From the NCBI RefSeq assembly GCF_001194135.2, contig NC_068987.1, forward strand, positions 88,152,861-88,206,338: a DNA stretch of 53,478 bases, read 5' to 3'. The notes under the pieces are model-generated. The model searched no databases and was not told the DNA's origin. It was given only the letters and a program-made list of their open reading frames with translations. This DNA is from Octopus bimaculoides. Its lineage: Eukaryota. Every line of letters starts with the position of its first letter. Position 1 is the first letter of the stretch. Shown in pieces: positions 1 through 15,087 of this stretch. A program made the translations under genes and the position numbers.

Positions 1-3000
1 AGTAGAATAGGAATGAAAGGGGTCCTTCTGAATAGAATAGGAATCAAAGGGATCCATAGGTAAAAAAATGGTTGAGAAACCCCAATATAAAATGTGGAAA
101 ATTCCAGAAAGTATCCCACTTTCAAAACTGAGTTAACTCAGTCTCTGTGTTTCAAGAACGCATGCATGGAACTGAGTTCCCAGTCATTAAGGGTTAATGT
201 TTACCAGATCAGTTTTCAAGTTTATTACAATTAGTTTGAAGAAATATCAAAAGTCAAACAAGGGACACATCAAAATACCCAAAACACTGAAATGAATGAA
301 AGCAAGAAATATTTAAAAAACTGAATTTAAGGTTATTGCAGAAATTATAATGTTTCATTTTTGATATAAAATCAAAATTAGGACTTTTTGATGTCATAGC
401 AACATGGATGCTGTGTCTTTAGGGTCAAACTGGTTTCTGTACATTGTTCTTAATTTCCAGCTGTCAAATCCATTTGCAAGGCTTTGGTCAGCCCAAAATG
501 GCTATTTGCTTTCCGGTCCATTTTCTTGTTTCTTTTTAGACATCTTGATCCGAATACTGAAATGAATGTTTCCTCTTTCTAAAATGACATTGATGGGTTT
601 TTGTCTTTGTTGTTGAAACTTCTTGTTTAATGCATTGACATGATCAAAGATAGCAGCCCAATGGAGTTACAGAACTTGTCTGCGTGTTTTTGATCCTGCA
701 GAAAGGTTTTTAAGTGCCTCTTCTCAGATACATCACAAACACAGTCACATGTTTAGGGCACACTGCTCAACAACATTAACAATCTTGGATGATATCATTG
801 ATGACAGCCACCAGTTTAGTGTCCTATTCACATCCAATGTTGGGGTTTTACTTTTTGACCAAAGCAACAAAACCACTAATACTGTAATATAATTGGAATT
901 CTATCATCAGAAACACCAATGCTCTCTCTCTCTACCTCAGACCACCACCACCACCTTGCACATTGTGATATGCATCACTCTTGTGAAAGGTTCCATTTCT
1001 AAGAGAGGTCTGGAGTAGAGAGCAGAAAAACACATCTTTTTCAAATGTTTTTCAAATTTGGTAATTGCACCACTCTTGTGAAATGCTCCTGACGTTTGTA
1101 GTGCCATCAGGTTGTCTAGTAAAATCTTGTCTTTGATTAAAGAAATCACTTCTTGTTCTCTCAGATTTTGGCCAAAATAGTTCACTATTTGTTTGTGCAG
1201 AGACAGAGACACTGAAGCCAGTTATATGGTGTCTTTCCGGTTACACATTTTTTTCAATCATTTTCATAAATGCAAATTTGACAAATTGTTTCCTTTCAAT
1301 AGTACATAGATTTTCTTTCATCTTTCAGGCTAACTTCAAAGCTAATTTTGATCAAATTATATTGTCTTGTTCCTTTCTAATTTTTTGTCTTTTAATAACT
1401 GTTTCTAAATTCTCGAAATATTTCTCGTTTGGAAGAGTGACACAAATGTAAATTGTCAAAGAATTTCTTCAACTGATTCTTTTTTGAAAGACTCAGAATT
1501 CAGTACTTTCAAAACAGATGACACATGGCTTCGCATTTCTTTTGTTCTCTGATTCGGTAGAGCCATAATTGAAGAACTTCATCAGGAATTTCCCTTTCTT
1601 TGATTGATCTCAGCTCTTCTCAAAATTAAAATCAATAAATAGAATTCTAAAAACATAAATGGATAATATTTTTTAGTTCAAAAATATTAAAAGTTCTTAT
1701 ATAATGTGTGTGTGTGTAAAAACATAATGAGAAATATATATTCATTCATAGCCATAATTGATGTATCTAAAAATTAAAATCAAAATAGGTACAGAGAAAT
1801 CTAGAGCAGATTAGAAAAAATATTGCAAAGTATTAATAGATTGAAATTATGAAAAGAAAAAAATTGACTTATTTTGAAACTTGATTTTAATTGCTGTCAG
1901 AGCTGACATAGACTTTCCCACAAAAAACATGTTGAAGCAAATGAATTAAGGTGTTTGTTACACTGAACAAGTCAGATGTTTTCAAACTTAGTACAAAAAT
2001 TGAAAACAAATTTCTGCTTTTAGGTTTCTATTCTTCCAAATATTTATTTGTTCCTGGATTATAAAAGATGTATTTTATATTAGAAAACACGCACATACAT
2101 ATATATATAAACACACACACATACATTATGCTGTAAAATGGTTGGCATTAGGAAGGCATCTAGCCATAGAAACCATGCCAAAACAGGTACTGGAACACAA
2201 TGCAGTCCCTGGGCCCATTGGATCCTGTCAAACTGTCCAACCCATGCCAGCACGGAATGTGGACATTAAATGATGATGATGTTAATATATCACTTTTATG
2301 TTGAGCAGAGAGAATAAAATGGTTAGTTTTTAAAAAATATCTGTCAGGGCTCTTACAATTGATATCTACTATGCATCTGTTGTAGCGTAGAATTACAAAA
2401 TGCATAGCTTTTTTTCTTTCTTTCTTTTGTAAGACCAAAAAAAAATTGTTCTTTACTCTTGTGTCCTAGAATATTTTTACAGAATTTTACCAAGAGATTA
2501 ACCAGCAAGCTTTGTTTAAAGCAAGATTCTTCTGCTGGCTTCTTAGTTACAAAATATTTAAAAAAATATATTTAAAACAAAGGCTAATTCCTTATATCTA
2601 ATCCAGCCATCAGCCAAGTGCCTTCCTTGTGCATCAGCCAGGCTCTTGTTTTTCAATCCATTTTTTGATGATATCGGTCCACTAATGTCTTTGATGGCCT
2701 CTTGCTCTCTTCCCCTCTACACTTTCTGTCAGGATGGACTTAGGCAGTGACTTGTGGCACATTATATATCCAAAATAAAATAGCTTTGTGGACGTGATTC
2801 TAAACAATTGATGACTTTGGACTTTTAGCTTTTCTAAATGCTAAAAATTGTTTTTCACTTTAGATTTAATTATGTCTATAATTTGAAATACAGCTCTAAG
2901 CTAAATACCAGAATAAGTTTTAAATCATCTATCATTTAAAAAAAAATGTAATAAAAAAAAAAAAAATCAAAGAATTTATTTTTTAACCAAAGAGAAAAAT

Positions 3001-4599
3001 GAAATTTTAATATGATAAATAAAAAAGAAAAGATAATATTTATGTAGAGCGTAAATTAGTGGTTTGAAATAAGTAAGCAAAAAATTAGAATATTTCAAAT
3101 TATTTTGAGCTTTGTAATTTTGCTTAAAGAAAATTTAAATATAATAGTTGTGTGATTTCTTGTAGCTCTGTGTTCTGAGTTCAAATTCTGCTGAGATTGA
3201 TTTTGGTTTTCATCATTTCATGATCAATAAAATAAACACTAGTTGAGCACTGGGGTTGATGTAATTAATTTGCCCCATCCCTCAAAACTGTGAGCATTTT
3301 TGCCAAAATTTGAAAGAATTCTTTGCTCACTCTTGTGAATTGTCTTGTAACTCTGTGAATTAATCGATGCATTCTTAAGTGTGTACGTACCTTTCTTTGA
3401 AAGCTTCTAATATTTATTCAACTAAATATGTGTATGTGTAGAATCAGCTTCCAGCTTCAAAAACTTGAGGACAGTAATGTGTAAAATGTAAAGAAAAACC
3501 ATCTCTTTTCAAACCTTACATAGGTAGAGAGTGTTATATTGTTTGTATTTATCATTTTATATGTGAAGTATGAATGTTGTAGCTTCAGTAGTTTTGACAA
3601 GAAAAATATACAGTTACTCTCTAAGATTTTCACACCTCACTTGACATAAAATTTGAATAACATAGTTTTGCTCCCATCTCAATGAACTTATATTAAAAAA
3701 AAATCAAGAAAAAAAAATTTTCAGACAAAATTGATATAAACTAGAAATATTTGAAAAATGTAGTCTAAAATCTCATTTATGCAACAAAATAAGAAAATTA
3801 TACAAAAACTGTCAGCAGAAAGTGTCGAGCAATAAAAGCATCTCTTTATTTTGTTGTTTATTGGGAAAGTCATTATGCCAATAATAAACACACACATGCT
3901 CTGGTTCTGTTTCACTTCTTTTATTATTATTAGTCAATTCGTTAACTTTGAACCAACTAACTAATCAATTACATAATTAATCATTTAGTCAGTCAATCAG
4001 TTATGATTGTCAAAATCCTTTCGTTGCTATTCATGCCTTCTCTCTACTCCATCCAAATCTACTTCAGGTCTAAGATGTTTTTCATCGCATGCATTAGCCT
4101 TGAAATCTTAAATTTTAGCCTATTTGGGTTACTATACCCTTCTTTTCCCTGCTCTAAACCTTGAGAGATGGAACTGAACTCTGTGAAATATTTTGTCATA
4201 TGCTTTATTGTTTACTTTGGGGCTAATTCCATCCTCATTTTACCTTTTGACAAATAAATGTGGATTTCTTTTGGTGAGATGTTTGTGATGAAAAAGTCTT
4301 TTGAATTTTTGCTAAATTATTTTTTACCACTGTCATTTCTTTTGGTTTTCTTGGCTTCTATGTTTGTCTGCATATCTACTAGCTCTCCCTCTCTTTGCCT
4401 CTGCCTCTCTTTCTCTCTGCCTCTGCCTCTCTTTCTCTCTGCCTCTCTCTTTCTCTCTGCCCCTCCCCCCTCTCTCTGCCCTCTCCTCCCTAGCTAATTC
4501 TTCATATTGTAAATGTTACATTGATTCAAAAACAAGTTTAAAAAATAACAATAGAACACTTACTGACTAAAAGCAGAGTCAATTTGATTATAAAATTAA

Positions 4600-4672
4600 T
4601 TTTGATTGGGACTTCAAGTTTCATATGGTGACTTCATAAACTGTCAGATGAAACTTGAAGTCCCACTCAAAA
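4600..4672. other. isolated hairpin: 25-bp stem with 1 mismatch, pre-miRNA-like
   Basis: arms 4600-4624 and 4648-4672 pair; inner TGAC/GTCA pair around a 10-nt loop. Confidence 0.6.
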
Positions 4673-5181
4673 CAAATTTGATTTCCCCTACATTCCCAGT
4701 CTGCTGCTAATTTTTCTTTCACCAAGATTCTCTCTTTCAATTTCCCATTGTCACACTACCGTTTTAATTCAATTATACCATGCAAATCTAATTTCCATTG
4801 TCACATGTGTCTTTTTCCGTTTTTTTTTTGCCTTTTATTAATCCACTCACAAAAGTACCATTGTTGACATGGCAGTCAGAAATTATACAATGAAAAGTAT
4901 TTATTTCAATTTTAAATATCATCTCCTTATTAACTTTTCATGAGTTTGCCTTATTGTATAATTATCCTTTTCTTATTTGTTCATCCATACTGTTTATTTT
5001 TTCTTGTCATTGTTATTAAACTGTATCATAAAAACTGAAACTTTATACATGAATGGATTGTTAGATTATTTTTAAATTTCAAAACCAGTTAATAATCGCT
5101 AATTTTCATTCTAATATTATCAGTGATTTTGACAGAAGCTCTTATAATATTATCTTTCTTTCTGCTCTTTATCAATTTTAG

Positions 5182-5324
5182 GTGACAAAACCTTGGATGG
5201 CTATCAAAAGAAGAAATATGTCTGCAAACTGCTGTTTATCTTCTTACTGGGTCATGACATTGACTTTGGCCACATGGAAGCTGTCAACTTGCTCAGTTCC
5301 AATAAATACACAGAGAAACAGATC
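5182..5324 (+). CDS. AP2A2: AP2A exon (GDKTLDG...EKQI)
   Basis: tttag acceptor, gtaagt donor, 143 nt, phase 1-0. Confidence 0.97.
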
Positions 5325-7014
5325 GTAAGTATTTCTAAATCCCAGCACATTCTTTGCAAAGTTCATAACCATCATTATCATGATCAGTTTAACATCCACT
5401 TTTCTGTGCTTGTATGGTGAAACGAAATGAAATTGTTGAAACAAATTTTCTACAGCTGGATGCACTTCATGTCACCAACATTTACCTGCTTCTAATCAAG
5501 ATAATATTTCTTCTAATCTTTCGAAGAATGGACAGCACAGTGGCCAGACATATTGTCATAGAAGATTGCAAATTAACATCACCACTTAGATGATGGTGAT
5601 GTTTGTTTACAATTAGTGTGTGATGTCAAGACAAGGAAATCAAAACACACACACCCACACACACCCCAGCACAACTACTGTCTTTTGTCTTCCATCTCCT
5701 AAATCTTCTCACGAGACTTTGGTTGGTGCCAAGGCTTGTAGAAGATGCAAAATGCAATGCAGTAGAACTGTACCTGAAGCCACATGGCTGCAAAGCAAAT
5801 GTGCTAACTAAACAGCCATTTTAGCACCTATACTATGAAGGCCTATACTATATGCAGTAGACACACTCTGTATGGTGTCTATACTATATGTAGATAAACT
5901 ACTGGGGACTCTATTCAACTGGTACTATTTAGTTTGTCATGTCCTTTGCTGCTGCTACTGGCTGAAAGATATCTTAAACTGCTTCTTTTATCAAACTCTG
6001 TGATATCAAAGACAATATTAATTATAATGAATGTCAACATGTTGTTGTTTTTAACATTTTGAGGTCTGAATAAGTTCAATAATGGATTAATTTCCTGTAG
6101 AACCACTGAAAGGTGAGGAGATAAAAAATCAATGGAATATGATCAGTTCATGTAATGTATATGATTTGCTCGACTAAAAGGTGGTGCTCCAGCATGGCTG
6201 CAGTCAAATAACTGAAACAAGTAAAAGAATATTCAGCTGCCAAATTGTGTTGTAAAAAAAATATTCTAAGTGAGTAATAAACATTAGCTGCATTGCTTAC
6301 AGTTATTGAGGTCAAACTCTGTTGCGGCTGTTGTGTTACTTGGGTTCTGTACACAGATCCATTCACTAACCTTATTATTTTTGCTGAAACTAAATGCCAC
6401 TCCCTTAGCACACTTGATTTGTTTGAAGAAAGGACAAAGTTGCATAAAATCTCTGTTAATCATTTGTGTAAATAATAAAAGAAAAAAAAAAAACTCAACT
6501 AATATAAGATTTTTTTAAGACAGTATTTTGTGACTTGAAGAAAATTTAATTGCTATTTTTAGCAGGTTGAGGGATGTTGGTTGTTCAGGAAATTAGCATC
6601 ATCCACTGTTTGTTTTTAAATTTCATACATACCATTGCTTTGTAAAAGCTGGAAAAATGGGTGTAAAACAACAAACTGTGTCTAATAAATTTCTATTTGA
6701 ATTCAAATTTTAAAAAAAAGCAGGAGCAATGTTGACCTTATTGAAAATATATCATTGGGTTGAGTCATCCAANNNNNNNNNNGCAATGTTGACCTTATTG
6801 AAAATATATCATTGGGTTGAGTCATCCAAAATCCATTTAGGGCTGTTTTATTTTCCTCGTTATTTTTAAGCAATGCAAGAAATGGGAGTTAAATCCCAAA
6901 CCACAAAAAAGCTATTCTTATTTTGGCCTGTTGAATGTAGGTGGACAGGACAATTCGAGAAAATTCAACAGTGAATAGTATATAACTCTTCTACCCACAT
7001 ATAATATCTGTATA

Positions 7015-7086
<72 letters not shown>

Positions 7087-7671
7087 TATATTTCCTAGCA
7101 AGGTGTCCAATTACTTATGAGGAGCAGTTCAGTACTTGGTATGTTGGCCAGCTAAGAACAGTAATGTCTGGTGTTAGAGACTACTGCTTAATGTTTAAAA
7201 TCCTCCTACAGGATGTGGGGCGACAAGTTATCTAAGTAGTTGTTTTACAGGGAATTTGCAACATGGTGTATGCCTGAGATATAAACCCAAGAAATGTTTT
7301 TGAGATGTTGTCAAGGCAACCTTAAGGCTTTTAGTGTGGATGTTGAAAACTTGGAGCAGATGACAGAAACTAATTGGTTTTAAAAGATGTAATTTATGAT
7401 GGTCGTTACGCATTTGAAGCACAGAGAATAGATGCTCCAACCGGAAAGGAACACTTTGTTAACAAGACCTGACTTCATTCTCAGACACTTTTCTGCTTGA
7501 AATTGTTTGTGACATCTGCAGCAATGTCTGTTTGTCCAAAGCCAGACTTGCCAGTCAGATGAGATTTCAAGATGGCATTTACTAATTTATGAGATGACCT
7601 TCTGTAAAGAAGTGGCATTCCCTCTCTATCTCTATCTCTCTTTCTCTCTCTCTCTTTCTCTNNNNNNNNNN

Positions 7672-7739
<68 letters not shown>

Positions 7740-10700
7740 TATGTGTGAGTGTGCATGTGTCTGTTTTGACATTGAATGATAGTTAGAAATGAGTGTCACT
7801 GTTACATAAGCTGATTCATTTCCAATTTTCTGCAAAAAACATATCTGGCCATAGGCAACAGAGAAGGGCATCCATCTGTAGAAAATCTGCCTGACTCATG
7901 CAAGCATGGAAAAGTGGACATTAAAATGATGAAATGAAATGACCATGGTGATGATGATGACTACAGAAAACAATAATTCTGAGGATCTATTAGCTGGCTA
8001 TAAAAAATATTTTTGTCTCAATTTACATTTTTATCCCATTTGCTTTAAATTAATTACCAGTTGATTATTCACCTATTTATTTTTTCAAATCTACTTTCTA
8101 TTATCAAATACATTTTGTGTTCTTTGTCATGTATAATTTTTTTTTTCTCAGTGCTTACCCATTTATTGCCTCATGTAAGGTGAAATTATTGTTCTAAACT
8201 AGGATACTACTATTCCTTGATAGCTGAGATGAATTTAAAATCAGCTCAAGAGTTTAATGCAGCTGATAGGTGGTATTGATCGTTTTGGTGTAATGAACAG
8301 ATAAACCAGACAATTAATTTCTGACAATACAGCTCCGTCAAGTAGAACTCTAATTAGGATAGGGTATTGATTCTTATTTAAATTGTTGTAAAGGAAGCCA
8401 ATAGTTTTGTGGTAAGGTTTTCATGAGATGAAATACAATTTTTATTAGCATATTATTTACTGTAAAGTTGACTTAAATCTAAGTTAAATTTACTTCTTCT
8501 TGACATGTTTACTTAGTTGATTTACTTAGAAGCAATGTTTTTTTTTTTTATATATTATTTACATTTGACGGATATTTGTCCTCATCTTGTTTGTTGTTAG
8601 CACGTTTCAGCTGATATACCTTCCAGCCTTCTTCAGGTGTCTTGGGGAAATTTCAAACCTGGGTTCTCATTCCTAATGCATTCCCCAAGACACCTGATGA
8701 AGGCTGGAGGGTATATCAACCGAAACATTATGTTAACAACAAACAAGATGAGGACAAATATCCGTCAAATGTAAATAATGTACATAATTCCTCATCTCTT
8801 AAATATAGAGCTGAATGGTTTTTTATTTTATTTTTCTGCTTTTTGTTTGTTTTAACTTTATTATTAATTCTTTTAGACACACTTTCATCATAAATGCTTC
8901 CTTAGTTGGCTGGCATTTCACTTTGCCTAAGCCTGACCTCTCAAAAAGTATTTTAATAAAGAATTCATCATCATCATTTAGTGTCTATTTTCCATGCTGG
9001 CATGTGTTGGACGGTTTGACGGGAACAGCACTAGGTACCAATTGTCTGTTTTGGCATAGTTTCTGCAGCTGGATGCCCTTCCTAATGCCAACCACTTCAC
9101 AGAGTGTACTGGGTGTTCTTTACATGGCACCAGCAGCAGTGCTTTTTGTGGGACAGGTTCTGAGTTCAAATGCTGCTGGGGTCGACTTTGCCTTTCATAA
9201 TATGTATTCACAGTTGTAACCTACACCAGTGTCACATAACCAGCTCACTCAAAAGTACCTTGGATCGTAGGGCGAAATGCCGTGCTTGAGGAGACCTATT
9301 AAGTCCAAGTACATCAAAATCAAATCAAATCACAATCAAATGGAAATTGTAATTGTGATCTCTGTGCCGGTGGCACGTAAAAAGCACCAATCATCTGAAT
9401 GTGGCCGATGCCATCGCCGCCTTGACTTGCTTCCATGCCGGTGGCACGTAAAAGTCACCCACCACACTCTCGGAGTGCTTGGCATTAGGAAGGGCATCCA
9501 GCTGTAGAAACACTGCCAGATCAAATTGGAGCCTGGTGCAGCTTCCTGGCTTCCCAGACTCCAGTCGAACCATCCAACTCATGCCTGCTTGGAAAACGGA
9601 CGTTAAACGATGATGATGATGATGATGATGATCTAGTGGTGGGTGAGTGTGTATGTGTGTGTGGCATATCATAGAAGGTGAAGAGTTGTGATTATGATTT
9701 TTCTGTTTGGAAATGGATTACTTGAAGGAAATGGGAGTTGAATTTATTACTGTCTGTGTTATATAAATTGACCAATCATAAACATTCTTCTCACAAAAAC
9801 AATAATTCAAGTTTTAAGCTCAGAAAATACTTTCTTGTTCAGCTGTCTAGACTTGTGTATACATTATATTATAATGGGCTGTCATTTGAAAGTAGTGAGT
9901 TGCCTTAGTACTGCTACTATTATGATCATTAAAAGTGTTGATCACAATATCAGCTGTTTAATAAATATGGTTTCAGTCAGATTTGAAGAATTTTATTTCA
10001 GTTAATTACTTCCCAAAATATTGTCTGCTTACATTTTTCAAAATAGTCACAAGGTCATTCAGATTGGTTACTAAACACCATGGAAGAAATTCTGCTGCTG
10101 TCACTTCTTGTAAATAGCTTTCACCTTATTTACTGATGCAGGCAGGTATGTGTCTAACAGAAGGAAGCCCATCAATATTGTTACACACTCAGCTACACCA
10201 CAGCCGGAATAAAGTAAAGTCTTACTGCTAGAAATCAATATTTTTCTCCCTCCATTCTATCAGAATGTATCAGTTTTATTAGAGTAAGATGTAAATGCAT
10301 TATCTGCTAATTTGTTTATTAGTGACATTGTGGAGCTCAATTCACGCATTGTTGATCCAATACAGAACTCTCTCTCTCTCTCTCCCTCTCTTTCACTGCT
10401 TGTCTTACTTCATCTGTGTAGTCATATGTTATAAATCTTTCCTACAACTATAATTATCATTGATAAATTCTTTCTGACCCCATGTTTTCATCAGGATCAT
10501 AGTCACAGTATTTTAAAGATTGCATCTACCACTCAGTGATTTCTTTTTCTTTGCNNNNNNNNNNNNNNNNNNNNNNNNNNNNNNNNNNNNNNNNNNNNNN
10601 NNNNNNNNNNNNNNNNNNNNNNNNNNNNNNNNNNNNNNNNNNNNNNNNNNNNNNNNNNNNNNNNNNNNNNNNNNNNNNNNNNNNNNNNNNNNNNNNNNNN

Positions 10701-13700
10701 NNNNNNNNNNNNNNNNNNNNNNNNNNNNNNNNNNNNNNNNNNNNNNNNNNNNNNNNNNNNNNNNNNNNNNNNNNNNNNNNNNNNNNNNNNNNNNNNNNNN
10801 NNNNNNNNGCAGAAAGAAGGAGTACAATGGCATTCGTTTCCTGAAAGGCACTTCTAACACTAAAGAAACGAAATTACTCCAACAAGGCTGGTATGGTGGT
10901 TGTGTGGTTAAGGAGCTTGCTGTGCTGCCACATGGTTTCAGGTTCAGTCCTGCTGTGTGACATTTTGAGCAAGTGTCTTCTATTGTAGCCCTGGACCAGT
11001 CAGTGCTTTGTGAGTGAATTTGGTAGACAGAAACTGTGAAAGGTTGTTGTGTGTGTATGTGCGTGTGTGTGTGTGTGTATGTGTGTCTGTCTGTTTGTCT
11101 ATGTTTGTCCCCCCCCCCCAACTGCTTGAAAACTTGTGTTGGTGATAAATTCAATATGAAACTTAGAAAATACTTCCAGGGTTGATCTATGTGACTAAAA
11201 CCGTTGAAGGTGGTGCCCCAGCATGGCCACAGTTCAGTGATTGAAACAAGTAAAAGGTAATAGGAAAGGAATTGAAACCAACTTATGATAGAAAATATTA
11301 ACCCATTAAGTCCCAGAGTACTTAAATTTCTGAATATTACTTTTAAATTTTTGACAGGTGATTGAAAATAGGTTAAAATGAAAAACATAATTATTAAAAC
11401 TCCTTTGCTTCAAATAGAAATGGAAATACTAGGCATCCTATAAATAGGACATTGAGACAATGTGATATAGCTTATTTGATGTTTTTATTTAGTGTCCTAT
11501 TTATAGGACAGTGGGACTAAATGGGTTAATATCAATACAAATACCTTCAAATGAGTGATTTTAATTCAAAAGTTGTCCCAAGGTGGCTTATTGTGTACAA
11601 CATTGAGTAACTTTTAAGTTATCTCTACAGATAGTCTGTAGAATTTTGGGCCAGCACTGCAAGTTACAATGTTTTCTATATGAATACATCTATGTATACA
11701 GTGTGAATTGAAGATAGAAAAACAAGCAATGGGTGTATATGCATATTTCAAGAGTTATTGCTCTTTCTTCAGCATCACATCCAACCCATCAACCATCCAT
11801 GAACATATTGCTACCAAATATCCACTAAGTTTATCAATGCAATACTTCTGGATAGATCAATTTACATATTTCTTGCTAGTAGGGACACATATTAGCTACT
11901 TGATACTACAATAAGGTGGAGGCGCAATGACCCAGTGGTTAGGGCAGCAGACTCGGCGTCATAGGATTGCTGTTTCGATTCTCAGACCGGGTGTTGTGAG
12001 TGTTTATTGAGTGAAAACACCTAAAGCTCCACGAGGCTCCGGCAGGGGGTGGGGGGTGGGGGCGTTGACCTCTGCTGTACTACATTATGGTTGTCAAATA
12101 TGGTGTCCCTACCAGCAACTAATATTAATTGAATACAGACCTTTACCATCACTGCTCCCTCTTACTTCTTCTCTCAGATGTCTTGTTTTTTGCCTGTTTT
12201 TTTTTTCTTATGATGCCCCTCTCATCTCTCTGTCTTTCCACCTCCCTGCTCTGCATAATAACTCTGGTCTTTTAACGTTTCTCCTGATTACTTCTTTTCC
12301 TGTCTGATACATTTATAGAACTTGAATCTAGTTGACTGACTTTTTATCAGACCGCTTAAATTAATTAATAGAACCCTTTCATATACATCACATTTGTCTC
12401 TTCCAATATATCACATCTATGTAACACAAAACAAATATTGCAGAATTGCTGTTGGAATATTACTAAAAAATGTCTAGCATTTTAAATGAACTACTTCAAA
12501 TTATTATTCTAAAGTATATGATCAATTTTACTGATGTTTTGCTACAATAACTCTGTTGTACAAATATTGACTTTACATTTTGGCAAGTTTTTAGTCTTTT
12601 TCAGTCTAAGACATGTAGCATGCCATGTACTTTTCTGTAGGTGGCACGCTGGCACAGTTGTTAACTCATCCAACAAAGTGCTTAGTAGTATTTCTTTGGG
12701 CTCTTTACATTCTGAGTTCAAATCCTGCCAAAGTCAACATTACCTTTTACACCTTTTTGGGGTTGACAAAATAAAGTACCAGTCAAGTACTGGGAGTCAG
12801 TGTCCCTCCTCTCAAAATTGCTGGCCTTGAACCCCATAATGAACAAGTATTCTGTTCAGGGAGAATGAGGTCACTTATACACAATGGGAATCAGGTAAAC
12901 CAGTTTTATGAGTCCTAGGGCTTGAGAAGAAATATGTACATTTACTTGTGTGTGTGTGTGTGTGTGTCTTTACTGGCACTCCATTGATTACGACGGAGAG
13001 TGTTCCAGTTGATCTGACCAACAGAACAGTCTGCTCGTGAAATTAATGTGCAAGTGGCTGGGCACCCCCCAACCCACCTACCCACACACTACTCAGGGAG
13101 ATTCAGCATGACATACAATGTGACAAGATTGGCCCTTTGAATTACAGGTACAACTCATTTTTGCCAGCTGAGTGGTCTGGAACAATGTAAAGTAAAGTGC
13201 CTTGCTCAAGGACACAATGCACCACCAATAATTGAACTCACAACCTTACAATCATGAGCTGAGTACCGTAATCACTAAGCCATGCACCTTCACTGGGTAT
13301 GACTATATCTACGTAAACACATACACAAGATACAGAGGCAATACACATACTAGAAGCAAAAACCAGCCACACCCAGTCCCTTAACAAAATATGAATGGAA
13401 AAACAACCACCCATTCCCCAAAACCATTTTACCATAATACAAGGATAAAGACAACGGAAATGATAGAGAGATCTGACCACACAATGCAGCAGGTAGTGCA
13501 CTATAGTGTATTGCACAACAGTATATGGTATAATACAATTTAATTGACTAATTTGTGTTGTATACGTGTGTGTGTGGGGGTGTGTGTGCATGCGTGCATG
13601 CGCTTGTGTGTGTGTAAAACACACATCTAATGAACTGAATGGATGGTAGACTGACTGGCAACATGATCGGACAGGCTAGTTATATGAATGAACTGATAAG

Positions 13701-15056
13701 GGAAAGAGATGGCAATGAAACAGATAACTAAAGCCAAAATAACACACACACACACACATTGAGATGCATATATATGCACATACATGTACATGTGTGCATA
13801 ATGAAAATGAAAACTGTGACAGAAACATGCACACACACTTGCACATGCATACATAAATACTCACTGCCATATACAGAGGTATGTATGGCACCTCAGCCAA
13901 AATTGCATAGAGAAACACGTATCTGCATATTCAAACACACATCAAAATGAAGCACGAAAGGAAACGGTTGCATTTTACAGAGCTTGCATAGAGAGAGCGC
14001 AGGAGGTCGGTGAAAGGTCACATTAACATGACAAAAGGCTTTACGTAACTAATCAATCAGTTGATTATGAAACAGAAGTGAACCAGAACCAGTGTTTTTT
14101 TTCTTTGTCTTTTGCTATTATACAGAATGACCATCTCAAAATACATGTACACACACACACACACATCATCAGCATCATCCTTTTAACATCCACTTTTCTG
14201 TGCTCACATGGGTGAAGTGGAATTTGTTGGGGCAGATTTTCTACCATCAGATGCCCTTCCTGTTACCTGCTTTCATCTGTTTCCAAGCAAAACAATACTT
14301 CTCCCATAGATATGTTTTCCGTGGAAGACTGGAAACAAACAACACTGCTTGTATAACAATGATGCTCATTTACAACCTTCGCATGATGTCAAGACAAGGG
14401 TACACACATACACACACACAATATAGCATATGATATAGTGTAAAATTGAGAGGGTACTTTAGTTTTCTCATGACTCTTTAGTCTTTAATCAGGACAGCCT
14501 CTCTAGTGCTGGTGCCATGACAAAATACATCCAATAAACTCTGTGAAGTGGTTGGTAATTAGAAGGGCAGCCAATGAAAACAGCTAACGATTAAGGTCAT
14601 CATCATCATCATCTTACAGTACCTTTCCTCATTGTATGTTCTATTTTTAGCATGATTGTGCGTAATAATAAATTTGTATGAAATATAATGATTTTGTTTT
14701 CTTTTTCTCTTTTAATATTGTGATTTAATGTTTGTTTGTTTTGTTTGTTTGTAGGGTTATCTCTTTATCACAGTGCTCATCAGTGCTGGCAGTGACCTCA
14801 TGAAATTGGTCATTCAGTCAATCAAGAATGACCTTAACAGCCGCAACCCAGTACATGTTAACCTAGCTTTACAGTGTGTTGCCAATATTGGCAGCCGAGA
14901 AATGGCAGAAAACTTGGGGACGGAGATTCCACGTTTACTCGTATCCGGGTCAGTCATTTTCCACTCTTTCTTAACTCTCTTTAAATGGATGATTTTCTTT
15001 TTAACCAAGCATCGTTTCAAACAAATTTAGTCTTTCTTCATCATTAGGTGTTGTTG

Positions 15057-15087
<31 letters not shown>

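Noticed and set aside
1-5181. Search for the first AP2A coding exons (MPAV.., KSKEAE..) and a promoter
   Set aside because: Not found by eye; they presumably lie upstream of the window
6726-6830. 47-nt exact direct repeat either side of an 11-N gap
   Set aside because: Typical unmerged contig overlap, an assembly artefact
10540-10896. Possible acceptor across the gap (tttgc NNN gcag) and 78-nt exon ending at gtatgg
   Set aside because: Requires collapsing a 254-N gap, has an in-frame TAA in AP2A phase, and the donor is just the start of a SINE
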